A stretch of 53,652 bases of DNA. Source: Nitrososphaerota archaeon. GTDB taxonomy: Archaea > Thermoproteota > Nitrososphaeria > Nitrososphaerales > Nitrosopumilaceae. Of the stretch, positions 1 through 8,114 are shown piece after piece. The stretch is taken from the NCBI GenBank assembly GCA_052388195.1, contig JBQTIK010000037.1, positions 1 through 53,652 on the forward strand, read 5' to 3'. Under the pieces are notes generated by a model that saw only the letters and a program-made list of their open reading frames with translations, did not search any database and was not told the origin of the DNA. Numbering within the stretch: the first letter of the stretch is position 1; every line of letters begins with the position of its first letter. Made by a program: the position numbers and the translations under genes.

Positions 1-952
1 CAACAAGTACTCGGAATTTTTCTGAAAGTGTTGTTCGAAATGTTTTGTCTTCTAATCCTTGTAGATAGTTTAGAGCAATTACAACAGTTGATCTAGCATC
101 CTCTTTTGCAAATGGAGTAAGACCCATTGCACTCAAACCTGAATAGAATGCATCTGAACAGATTCTATGCCGCTTAATTCTTGCCTCCATTCCCTCTTCT
201 AGTATCATATCAAGTGCTTCCCGGAATGCGTAGAGTAGTGGAAGTGCTGGAGTAAACGGAGTTTCTTTGACATCATCATAGTACTTGAAGTATCTTGCCA
301 AGTTAAAATAGAAAGTAGGTGGCGGATTGGCAATCATGAATTTTTTTGCCCGTGGACTAATTGAGATTGGTGAAATTCCAGGTGGTGCAGCCATAGCCTT
401 TTGCCCTGCGGCAATGCAAACATCAACTCCCCACTTGTCTACAGGAAGTTCTTCGCCTCCAAGAATTGAGACTGCATCCACTACGTAGTACGAGTCATTT
501 CTTGAGGTAAGCTTTGAAATTTTGTCTAGATATTTGACCTGAGTTCCAGTAGATGTCTCATTATACACTACATAGAAAGCTTTGACGTCCTTATTGTTAT
601 CAAAGGCCTCTTTTACCTTTTCAAAACTTGCGTTCTCTCCAAAGGGAGTTGTAAGTCTGATTACATTTGCTCCTTGCCATTCTAACATTGTTGCAAGTCT
701 GCTACTAAATTCACCATTTACTGGAATTATCACTTTGTCGCCTTTTTTTATCAGGTTTACAACTGATGCCTCTACTGCACCAGTCCCAGATGCGGTAAGT
801 GTAACTATATCGTTTGAAGTCTGAAAAACTTTCTGAGTTTTTTCTATAACACCAGTGTATAATTTAACAAAATCTTTGCTCCTGTGGTTTATCGTAGGAG
901 TAAACATTGCGCGCGTAACTCTTTCGGGAACGTTTGTGGGTCCCGGCAACAT
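1..952 (-). CDS. Class V PLP-dependent aminotransferase (serine-glyoxylate/AGXT/phosphoserine-aminotransferase family), 3' end cut by window edge
   Basis: Reverse frame is open from ATG (complement of 950-952) to position 1. My translation starts MLPGPTNVPERVTRAMFTPTINHRSKDFVKLY and contains AAGQKAMAAPPG (PLP-lysine motif). It is missing from the ORF track because it runs off the edge; 582..824(+) is its antisense shadow. Confidence 0.8.
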   Translation of the reverse strand, partial: MLPGPTNVPERVTRAMFTPTINHRSKDFVKLYTGVIEKTQKVFQTSNDIVTLTASGTGAVEASVVNLIKKGDKVIIPVNGEFSSRLATMLEWQGANVIRLTTPFGENASFEKVKEAFDNNKDVKAFYVVYNETSTGTQVKYLDKISKLTSRNDSYYVVDAVSILGGEELPVDKWGVDVCIAAGQKAMAAPPGISPISISPRAKKFMIANPPPTFYFNLARYFKYYDDVKETPFTPALPLLYAFREALDMILEEGMEARIKRHRICSDAFYSGLSAMGLTPFAKEDARSTVVIALNYLQGLEDKTFRTTLSEKFRVLV

Positions 953-1009
953 AACCAAATATTCCAAATAAATTCTCCAATCTTTACGGTCAGTAGCCGT
1001 TATTTATAA

Positions 1010-1507
1010 TTAAAGAATTTTTGCGAGTCGTCTTTCTGCATCTATTTTTAGTAAGACGTTTTTTGTTCCTTCTGACACAAATTCTTTCCAGTTTTTTCCA
1101 GCTGCGATCATCGCCCGTATATAGGTTCCAGAAAACTTTTCTCGTTCTTTTAGTGGCACTTGCATGGTCTTAATTCCGCGTTTTTGATAAAGTGCTAGTG
1201 TAAAATCATCATTTGAAAATACAATCTCGTATTTTGGAACAATGGAATCTATATGGTATGTCCATTTTTCATGATCGTCTATGTCGGGGACATAAAAAAT
1301 CTTGATTCTTTTTAGCATTGTATTTTCAAGAGAAGAAAGTATCATTTCTTTTCTCTCATCAGCAGAAAAGGGGTTTCGTTTTTCGTTACTTTTGTTAGAG
1401 CTACCTATGCCTATCCAAAGGTTCTCTACATACAAGAGTCCAAATTTCACAGCTTCCAGATGACCAAGATGAAAAGGTTGAAACCGTCCGATAAAAAGGC
1501 CGTTCAT
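1010..1507 (-). CDS. Nicotinamide-nucleotide adenylyltransferase (archaeal NMNAT)
   Basis: N-terminus MNGLFIGRFQPFHLGH carries the (H/T)xGH nucleotidyltransferase motif. Size of 165 aa is typical of archaeal NMNAT. Confidence 0.85.
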   Translation of the reverse strand: MNGLFIGRFQPFHLGHLEAVKFGLLYVENLWIGIGSSNKSNEKRNPFSADERKEMILSSLENTMLKRIKIFYVPDIDDHEKWTYHIDSIVPKYEIVFSNDDFTLALYQKRGIKTMQVPLKEREKFSGTYIRAMIAAGKNWKEFVSEGTKNVLLKIDAERRLAKIL

Positions 1508-1586
1508 AACTAAAATTTGTTTAATTCTTTAAAAGATTATCATTTAGGATGATGATTAGAAATTGTAGTCTTGAAAAACCATAGAT

Positions 1587-2078
1587 TCAAACACCAGCAT
1601 CAAGCATTGCAGCCATAAGTAAGACAGCTATAGAGATAAAGACGATAATTCTGCCAAGTAAAATTATTTGTGTGCGAAGCTTTTGAACTGAATCTTGTGA
1701 CATTTGTTTTGATTCAATTTTTTTCTCTATTTCAGGTCTGATTATTCTGATGTGAGCTACAAACACTGCAATCAAAGCTATTACAAGAATTATTTTTATT
1801 GTAAGTACTATTCCATAGTTTGTTGAAAACAGCTCTTGTCTAGTGAGAATGTTATACGAGTTATAAAGACCCGTGACAATTAAAATGCCCAAAGATGGCA
1901 CGGCAATCTTGTTGAATTTTCTTCCCACTCGTATCATTATTGTTAGTCTTTCTTCTACAGATTCTGAGATCGTCTTCAAAAGTGGAGCAAGAACAACTCC
2001 CAGGAAAAGTGATCCTCCAACCCAGATAGAAGCGGAAATAAGATGCGCCCAAGTAATGAGGGCCTCAACAATTGGCAT
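1587..2078 (-). CDS. Integral membrane protein, CopD-like domain
   Basis: About 4 hydrophobic helices. WAHLISASIWVGGSLFLGVVLAP resembles the CopD-family signature helix. Confidence 0.5.
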   Translation of the reverse strand: MPIVEALITWAHLISASIWVGGSLFLGVVLAPLLKTISESVEERLTIMIRVGRKFNKIAVPSLGILIVTGLYNSYNILTRQELFSTNYGIVLTIKIILVIALIAVFVAHIRIIRPEIEKKIESKQMSQDSVQKLRTQIILLGRIIVFISIAVLLMAAMLDAGV

Positions 2079-2161
2079 CGCCGATCTATCAATTATTATG
2101 AATATTATCTATTCGCATCCGAGAAGGGTTTTTTAGTTGTATAAAACTCGTAGCTGTTGAA

Positions 2162-2659
2162 TTGATTAACCGAGGAAGGGTTGTAATAGCTGCTGCTTTT
2201 GGTGCATTAGGTCTTGGATTTCTTGGATACTATTTCTACGCAAGCTTGGACATCCCGCAGCTTGAAAAAGTACAGTTGGACTTGACTAGTGTAAAGGTAG
2301 TTGAAGTAAATAGTATAGATAATCGTGCCAATCTTGAGATAAGATTTCTTGTAACAAATCCAAGTGAAAAGACAGCTACCATTTCTAACATAAATTATGA
2401 GTTGTTCGTAAACGGCAAAGATGTTGGAAATGGTGAATATAGTACTGAAGACATTTCTCTGCCTGGTAGGGCACTAGTCTATCCTGGTAGCTCGATAGAA
2501 CTCACCGATGTCTTTAACCTCGTGTACATGGATCAAATTGCTGACGAATATTTTGCCATTACAAATGAAGAACAGGTAAGCTATTTTGCAAAGGGAAATA
2601 TCAGTGTTGAATCAGCTTGGAGTATAGTAGAAAAGGAATTTGAATCCTCGCTTGGCTAG
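2162..2659 (+). CDS. Membrane-anchored LEA_2 / WHy-like (late-embryogenesis-abundant type 2) domain protein
   Basis: TTG start and an N-terminal TM helix. The beta-rich segment LEIRFLVTNPSEKTATISNINYELFVNGKDVGNGE is typical of LEA14/LEA_2 domains. A paralogue lies at 8718..9182. Confidence 0.45.
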   Translation: MINRGRVVIAAAFGALGLGFLGYYFYASLDIPQLEKVQLDLTSVKVVEVNSIDNRANLEIRFLVTNPSEKTATISNINYELFVNGKDVGNGEYSTEDISLPGRALVYPGSSIELTDVFNLVYMDQIADEYFAITNEEQVSYFAKGNISVESAWSIVEKEFESSLG

Positions 2660-3054
2660 TTTAAACCCCAACTTGTTTTATTTAGTGGCTTTATCTTAAC
2701 AAATGGCGCTTCACCCTCCTTCCAAGGCATTTCTCTAACCCAAGCGAATTTTTTGTGAAATATCTCGTATATTTTTTTGAACTCTGAGCCTCTTTCGATA
2801 AATTCTGCTGCACCCTGTATAATTACTGCCTTGTGCTTTCTTGCCGAGTAAATGTCAACAGCGACTGCAACCTTGTTGTTTTTTTTCATGTTAGTGTGTT
2901 TTCTTGTATCATAGTCTGTTGCAATATAGAAATACCCATTATCAAAATAGTATGTGACAGGTGTTACATGTGGTATGTCTTCATGTGAGGTTGCTATTCT
3001 ACATGCTTCATTTTTCTTCAAGAAATCTATTTCCTTTGAAGTGAACTTGATCAT
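2656..3054 (-). CDS. Pyridoxamine 5'-phosphate oxidase-family FMN/F420-binding protein
   Basis: ACRIATSHEDIPHVTPVTYYFDNGYFYIATDYDTRKHTNMKKNNKVAVAVD is the classic PNPOx-like split-barrel pattern. Confidence 0.7.
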   Translation of the reverse strand: MIKFTSKEIDFLKKNEACRIATSHEDIPHVTPVTYYFDNGYFYIATDYDTRKHTNMKKNNKVAVAVDIYSARKHKAVIIQGAAEFIERGSEFKKIYEIFHKKFAWVREMPWKEGEAPFVKIKPLNKTSWGLN

Positions 3055-3088
3055 GTCTCTCCTTTACATATACGTATAATAAAATAGA

Positions 3089-3162
3089 TGGGCCGAGAGA
3101 GATTTGAACTCTCGACCACCGCCGTGTCAGGGCGGTATCCTAACCAACTAGACGATCGGCCC
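3089..3162 (-). tRNA. tRNA-Val (anticodon GAC)
   Basis: Reverse complement folds as a cloverleaf. Acceptor GGGCCGA/TCGGCCC; anticodon arm CCGCC-CTGACAC-GGCGG; T-arm GAGAG-TTCAAAT-CTCTC; discriminator A. Length 74 nt. Confidence 0.9.
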
Positions 3163-3248
3163 GATAAAATACGACTCTTCTTGGAGGCGTTATTAACCTT
3201 TAATTTGAGAAAACAAGAATAATATGCATTGTTTTTGATGAGTACCCC

Positions 3249-3959
3249 ATGAACGATGATTTCTCAGAGGATGAAAAAAATGGCTTTTACAAAGCAGTTT
3301 TTTCTAGACGTGATGTCAGATCTCATTTTACATCAGAACCAATAGATGACAAAATTTTGTCCAAAATTTTAAATGCTGCCCATCATGCACCCTCTGTTGG
3401 TTTTTCTCAACCGTGGAATTTTATCCTTATAAAAGATATGGAAGCAAGAAAAAAGATCAAAGATTCTTTTGATTCTGAAAGAAAACGCTCTTCAAATCTA
3501 ATTGAAGACCCTAAGAGATCAAAGTATCTATCTTTGAGACTAGAAGGAATCTTGGATTCTGCAGTAAACATTTGTGTGACGTATGATCCCTCAAAGTTTG
3601 GTCCTTTTGTAATAGGAAGAACCAGCATTCCTGAAACGGGAATTTACAGTGTTTGTTGTGCTATACAAAACCTTTGGCTTGCCGCAAGAACAGAAGGAAT
3701 TGGATTAGGTTGGGTCAGTATTCTTTCTAATGATGACCTTAAGAAAATTCTTGACATCCCAGAATATGTAGTTCCTGTTGCGTACTTGTGTCTTGGTCAT
3801 GTCTTGGAGTTTGCGCAAAAACCAGATCTTGAGACTGCAGGATGGCTTCCAAGGCTTGATTTGAAGGATGTTGTCTATTATGAGAGATGGAACAGGGTTG
3901 ATGAACCAAGCTGGCGTCATATTCATCAAATGATAGTATCAAATCTTGATTACGCTTAA
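3249..3959 (+). CDS. bluB: 5,6-dimethylbenzimidazole synthase (BluB, nitroreductase fold)
   Basis: FYKAVFSRRDVRSHFTSEPI...AAHHAPSVGFSQPWNFILIKD matches the BluB/nitroreductase N-terminal signature. Other cobalamin genes are present in the window. Confidence 0.8.
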   Translation: MNDDFSEDEKNGFYKAVFSRRDVRSHFTSEPIDDKILSKILNAAHHAPSVGFSQPWNFILIKDMEARKKIKDSFDSERKRSSNLIEDPKRSKYLSLRLEGILDSAVNICVTYDPSKFGPFVIGRTSIPETGIYSVCCAIQNLWLAARTEGIGLGWVSILSNDDLKKILDIPEYVVPVAYLCLGHVLEFAQKPDLETAGWLPRLDLKDVVYYERWNRVDEPSWRHIHQMIVSNLDYA

Positions 3960-3984
3960 ATGGTTACTAGTTTTGATTTTTTCT

Positions 3985-4077
3985 GGGCTCGTGGCGCAGA
4001 GTCTAAAAGACGCGCAACATGGATAGCGCGGTAGCCTCCTAAGTTACAGGTCGAGGGATCGAAGCCCTCCGAGCCCG
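3985..4077 (+). tRNA. tRNA-Arg (anticodon CCT) with a ~16-21 nt non-canonical intron in the D-loop
   Basis: Acceptor GGGCTCG/CGAGCCC and D-stem GCGC(3994-3997)/GCGC(4026-4029). Anticodon arm GTAGC-CTCCTAA-GTTAC; T-arm GAGGG-ATCGAAG-CCCTC; discriminator G. The D-loop region is 28 nt instead of 8-11, giving 93 nt in total. Confidence 0.8.
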
Positions 4078-4400
4078 CCTTAATTGATATATAGTTGTCT
4101 TTAGCTGTATAGAGATTTTCTTTTATACTTTTGATTCCACTAATATCATATGTGTAATGAAATAGAATATGCAATGATAGAAGAATACCTCACAAAACTA
4201 AGACAGAAAGAACTCAAAGAAAAAGAACCCGAAAAACCAATTCCTGCCGAAGCTGTTGCATAATAAAACAAGTATAAACTCTGTACAAACAATAACTGTA
4301 GATATTAGAATTCAATCATAATTGTTCTAGACTAATTCCAAGTTTGTAGATCAGTTTATGATTACTTGGTTTAAATATGATATGAGTCGATTAAGTCGCA

Positions 4401-4931
4401 ATGAAAGTTGTTGTGATCTCAGGTAGTCCCCGAAAGGGTGCTAATACTCAGATCATGATGGAATATTTGTACAACTATGCTAAGACAAAAAACGCTGATA
4501 CAAAGTTTATTGATTTATCAGCAGCTGAGGTAGAGTGTTATCGTGGACCCGCAGAAAACTACAACGAAAGCACCAAACAAGCTGTAAAAGATGTTACAGA
4601 GGCAGATGTATGGTTTGTTGGCTCGCCTGTATACAATTCGCTTTTAAGCTCTGCTTTGAAAAATCTCTTCGAGTACATCAATTACAAGGAGACTGCGGGC
4701 AAAACTGCCGGCATTGCAATTTTGTCATCAGGTAGTATCAGCTTCACGAATGTCCACTATATGATCACAGGGCTAATGTCGTACTTTAGGGTAGTAACAA
4801 ATCCTAAGGCAGTTCACGTAACTGTAGATCAGATAAAAAATAGTAAGATAGCTGACGAAAATGCAATGGCTAGACTTCGTGAGCTTGTTGACGAAACCCT
4901 AAAGCTTGCTTCCCATACTATGCTTGTGTGA
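4401..4931 (+). CDS. NADPH-dependent FMN reductase family protein
   Basis: MKVVVISGSPRKGANT...VGSPVYNSLLSSALKNLFE is the flavodoxin-like FMN_red pattern. Confidence 0.75.
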   Translation: MKVVVISGSPRKGANTQIMMEYLYNYAKTKNADTKFIDLSAAEVECYRGPAENYNESTKQAVKDVTEADVWFVGSPVYNSLLSSALKNLFEYINYKETAGKTAGIAILSSGSISFTNVHYMITGLMSYFRVVTNPKAVHVTVDQIKNSKIADENAMARLRELVDETLKLASHTMLV

Positions 4932-5337
4932 GAGGAGCATAAATTGTCTTGAAGATTTTAACAGTATAATCTCCTTGGAAGATGTTGATCACTTGATCAC
5001 CGTCCACATTTCTAACTCTAAATCGGTATTCGTAAGATCCATCTTCTTTGACGTCGGTTTGTGCAAAGTGTACTGGCTTGCCATCTTTGTATATCTGAAT
5101 TATAACAGGATATCCTTCTACAGGATTTACTACTTTTCCTTCAACAAAAGCCCACGGAAGCTTGTTATCTATTGGAATATGCATCCGTATAGTTTTCTTT
5201 TCCAATACAATTGATTGATCATCTGCGATAAGCTTCGGATCCAAGTTAAATTCTTCTGACAAGGATGAGGTAGGATTGGGAAACATCACAAGTAATGTAG
5301 TAAGTGCCACAAGCCCTAAACTTATAATAGATTTCAT
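4918..5337 (-). CDS. Small secreted protein (signal peptide), unknown function
   Basis: N-terminal hydrophobic signal MKSIISLGLVALTTLLV followed by a beta-rich mature part. Its 3' end overlaps the convergent 4401..4931 gene by 14 nt. Confidence 0.5.
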   Translation of the reverse strand: MKSIISLGLVALTTLLVMFPNPTSSLSEEFNLDPKLIADDQSIVLEKKTIRMHIPIDNKLPWAFVEGKVVNPVEGYPVIIQIYKDGKPVHFAQTDVKEDGSYEYRFRVRNVDGDQVINIFQGDYTVKIFKTIYAPLTQA

Positions 5338-5396
5338 GTTATTTCTCCTGAAAAAGTTACATATTAAGCTGACGTCTTATTTGTCTATATCAAGTG

Positions 5397-5513
5397 ATGA
5401 CAAAAGATAAACTAAATGATAGTTGCCGTTGTAGTTGCCATTTTGGGGGGGCAGTAAGTTGTCCTGCATGTAAACAAAACCATCAAGAGCATTGTTGTGA
5501 ACACTGCAAGTAG
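5397..5513 (+). CDS. 38-aa Cys/His-rich micro-protein (putative metal-binding)
   Basis: Hand translation gives MTKDKLNDSCRCSCHFGGAVSCPACKQNHQEHCCEHCK*, with 9 Cys and 4 His in 38 aa. It is below the ORF-track size cutoff. Confidence 0.4.
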   Translation: MTKDKLNDSCRCSCHFGGAVSCPACKQNHQEHCCEHCK

Positions 5514-5514
5514 G

Positions 5515-5976
5515 TTATTTTTTCTTGGTTTTACGTTTTGAATTTTCTTTTGTTGTTAGCATTTTTAGATTAGCAAGCTCAGCCTTAAGAGCCTCTATTT
5601 GCATGAGAGTTTTAAGATTATCAATCTCAGCCTTTAGGCTCTCTATCTCATTGTCCTTAATTTTTACTCTGTCTTGCAGTTCCGATAGTTCCGCCATAAG
5701 CTGAATTCTTGCTTGGTGTAGTTCGTCCGAGCTTAAAGACGTAGTTTGTGATGGGTGATTAGAAAATTCAGTCAGCTTTTTTTTTACTTCGTGACCGGAA
5801 CCATGTTTGTGCATATAATCAGCACTTTTTTGTGCAAGCCAACATATAGCAACCAGAAACCATGCCGCTGTAATGAACACTGTCATGGTAAAGTGCAGCG
5901 TCTCAGGAAGGACAAAATACAATCCTGAAAGAACTGCAGCAAGGGCACTAACTGTAACTGTAGGAATGTGTCCCAT
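5515..5976 (-). CDS. Membrane protein with C-terminal coiled coil
   Basis: Two N-terminal TM helices. These are followed by heptad-like repeats, NEIESLKAEIDNLKTLMQIEALKAELANLKML, and a basic tail. Confidence 0.6.
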   Translation of the reverse strand: MGHIPTVTVSALAAVLSGLYFVLPETLHFTMTVFITAAWFLVAICWLAQKSADYMHKHGSGHEVKKKLTEFSNHPSQTTSLSSDELHQARIQLMAELSELQDRVKIKDNEIESLKAEIDNLKTLMQIEALKAELANLKMLTTKENSKRKTKKK

Positions 5977-6060
5977 ATTTCAACTCAAAATCTGCTTAGA
6001 TATAATAGTAATGAAAATTATTGCGTAAGGAAGATCAAATTATAAAAAGAAAAGATTTTG

Positions 6061-6306
6061 CTAGGCAATAGAGTTTCCGTTATCTTTATTGCCAAAATAT
6101 CCAGGTCTTGGAACCTCGGATTGCAAAATCTGGATCTTTTGTAAAAGTTCATTTCGTAAATCTCGCGCGACTCTCCTTACAGTAGGTCTTGGAACACCAA
6201 GCTCCTCAACTACCTTTGTATAGATATCTTGTTTATCTGTGAACCCCTTATCAAGCAACGCGTTGATTGCCTCTTTAATATTTGTGCTTTGGGTAGAACG
6301 ATTCAC
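6061..6306 (-). CDS. Small helix-turn-helix DNA-binding protein
   Basis: 81 aa. VVEELGVPRPTVRRVARDLRNEL is an HTH-like segment. Confidence 0.55.
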   Translation of the reverse strand: MNRSTQSTNIKEAINALLDKGFTDKQDIYTKVVEELGVPRPTVRRVARDLRNELLQKIQILQSEVPRPGYFGNKDNGNSIA

Positions 6307-6515
6307 GATTTTTATTTTTCAGATCTTCTATATAAGACTGTTACTATGTTTTTAATAGAATCACATAATATTTAAAAATCGAAATATTTTTTTGATTAGT
6401 TAAGTTTATTGGATTGTTTGATGCAATTCCTGCAGGTTTTTTAATAATTAGAAATCATAAACAGCGTCTTCCAGAAGAGCAAGACTCTTATGATTAAATT
6501 AAATAGCAGTAAGAA

Positions 6516-6995
6516 ATGCCCAAGGCTGTGCTTGAGACTAATTTTGGTAGGATGGTTTTTGAGCTTTTACCAGACTTGGCCCCAGAGACAGTAAGAAATT
6601 TTGTAAAGCTTGCACAAAGCTCGTTTTATGATGGAATGTTATTTCATCGTGTAATTCCAGGATTTATGATTCAGGGGGGGGATCCCAATACAAAGAAACA
6701 AGACAAGAGTAAGTGGGGTATGGGTGGTCCAGGATATACAATAAAAGCGGAGTTTAATTCCAAGTCGCATCTTCGTGGCATTGTCTCAATGGCACGTGCA
6801 ATGGATCCAGACAGCGCCGGTTCACAGTTTTTCATAGTTACTACAGACAGCACTTTTCTTGATAGACAATACACTGTATTTGGTCAAGTAACAGAAGGGA
6901 TGGATGTTGCAGATAAGATAGTAAATCTATCACGAGATAAAAATGACTGTCCACTACAAGAAGCAAAGATGGTTCGAGTTACAATATCAGAATAG
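6516..6995 (+). CDS. Cyclophilin-type peptidyl-prolyl cis-trans isomerase (cytosolic)
   Basis: FHRVIPGFMIQGGDP...SMARA...SQFFIV...TVFGQV are canonical cyclophilin motifs. Confidence 0.95.
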   Translation: MPKAVLETNFGRMVFELLPDLAPETVRNFVKLAQSSFYDGMLFHRVIPGFMIQGGDPNTKKQDKSKWGMGGPGYTIKAEFNSKSHLRGIVSMARAMDPDSAGSQFFIVTTDSTFLDRQYTVFGQVTEGMDVADKIVNLSRDKNDCPLQEAKMVRVTISE

Positions 6996-7901
6996 GTGAT
7001 CAAATTGAATAAACTACTTACAGTTGCTATCATGTCAGCACTACTTTTTTCTGTGTCACAAGCTTTTGCTCAAGAATTAACTTTTGGAGAAAAAGCTGAA
7101 CAGACAGTTGAAATCACAATAGAAGAAAATGGAAGAGCTCATGTCATACACAAGGTTGTAGGGAAAAAAATAACACAGCAAGTAGATGTCTTTGAAGGCA
7201 CTGTATCAAATCTTTCTGTGATAGATAGAAATGAAGATGATGTACAATACATGACTTTAGAGAAATATCCCCTTGGTATAGTTTTGCCTCCTACTAGTAA
7301 AGATATGGTTTTCATCAGATACGATCTAAACGATATCTTGTTTTTGATAGACGATGTATGGACTTGGAAATATAATAACACTGCAACAGCGGCCATTCAC
7401 TTCCCAAACAGTGTGGATATAATGTGGGTCAATGACAATCCAGTCTTCCTTGGGCAAAAAGGAATACGACACCATGGTGGTCAGTCAAAATTAGAATATG
7501 TTATTGGCGAACCAGTGATTTTGAAAGATGTTGAATGGGAAGGTAAGCAATTCACGGTAGGGATTAGAACACTTACAGATGTAGATTCGTTTAAGTTCAG
7601 TCAACCAACAAAAAGCATTACGTTTGATATTACCAAAGAGTATCCGCTTATTACTGCAATTATTCCGCTAGAGCTATTATGGGAACCATATGATGTCTAT
7701 ATAAACACCAATCAAACAGAAAATGCCGAGTTTTACAATAATGGTACACATGTGTGGCTTGGATTCAGACCAGAAACAGCAGGAACTATTGGTATTATAG
7801 GTACAACAGTTGTTCCGGAATTTCCCTTGTTTGTTCCACTAGTGATAGGAATTTCCCTCGTTCTTGTATTGCAGTTTAGGAACAAATTCAATTTCGGCTA
7901 G
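6996..7901 (+). CDS. Secreted protein with PEFG-CTERM-like archaeal sorting/anchor signal
   Basis: GTG start directly abuts the cyclophilin stop. Signal peptide LTVAIMSALLFSVSQAFA; C-terminus VVPEFPLFVPLVIGISLVLVLQFRNKFNFG (PEF motif, TM helix, basic tail). Confidence 0.7.
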   Translation: MIKLNKLLTVAIMSALLFSVSQAFAQELTFGEKAEQTVEITIEENGRAHVIHKVVGKKITQQVDVFEGTVSNLSVIDRNEDDVQYMTLEKYPLGIVLPPTSKDMVFIRYDLNDILFLIDDVWTWKYNNTATAAIHFPNSVDIMWVNDNPVFLGQKGIRHHGGQSKLEYVIGEPVILKDVEWEGKQFTVGIRTLTDVDSFKFSQPTKSITFDITKEYPLITAIIPLELLWEPYDVYINTNQTENAEFYNNGTHVWLGFRPETAGTIGIIGTTVVPEFPLFVPLVIGISLVLVLQFRNKFNFG

Positions 7902-7931
7902 ATTATTAGCAGTATTATATCAACAGATTTT

Positions 7932-8114
7932 ATGCAGTGTGGTTGCCATTGTATAAAGTGTGGAAGTGTAGATCTGGAATCTAATCGTATAGGGAAAATA
8001 GAAAGTGATGGGTATTTTGACATGCATCACACTTGTAAAAAGTGCAATGCGCATTTTGATCACCTAGAGGGCGATGTATTTGATTTCTGTAAGATTTGTG
8101 GTTATTCTGCTTAA
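7932..8114 (+). CDS. 60-aa double zinc-ribbon-like protein
   Basis: Cys pairs: CGCHCIKCG...CKKCNAHFDH...CKICG. Confidence 0.45.
   Translation: MQCGCHCIKCGSVDLESNRIGKIESDGYFDMHHTCKKCNAHFDHLEGDVFDFCKICGYSA

Noticed and set aside
582-824. 80-aa + strand ORF from the track
   Set aside because: It lies entirely antisense to the well-supported class V aminotransferase gene (1..952, -). Its composition is low-complexity and Ser/Phe/Leu-rich.
1547-1586. C-box-like GGATGATGA in the NMNAT/CopD-like spacer, considered as a possible C/D box sRNA
   Set aside because: There is no matching D box (CTGA) or C'/D' pair within 40-70 nt on either strand. Similar partial hits at 5394 and 4171 also lack partners.
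3956-4174. 72-aa minus-strand ORF
   Set aside because: It overlaps the complete tRNA-Arg(CCT) gene on the opposite strand, so the ORF is most likely spurious.
4174-4263. 29-aa K/E-rich micro-ORF (MIEEYLTKLRQKELKEKEPEKPIPAEAVA) downstream of tRNA-Arg
   Set aside because: It is low-complexity and charged, with no motif and no way to test conservation here. Support is too weak to call it a gene.
3089-6306. Possible integrated element bounded by tRNA genes (tRNA-Val, tRNA-Arg, then small unknown genes and an HTH protein)
   Set aside because: I found no integrase or recombinase and no direct repeat of either tRNA 3' end downstream. bluB and the FMN reductase look like ordinary chromosomal genes.
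6674-6681. G8 homopolymer inside the cyclophilin gene, checked for a frameshift like the parvulin T8
   Set aside because: The reading frame is continuous (FMIQGGDP, the canonical motif), so the gene is not disrupted.
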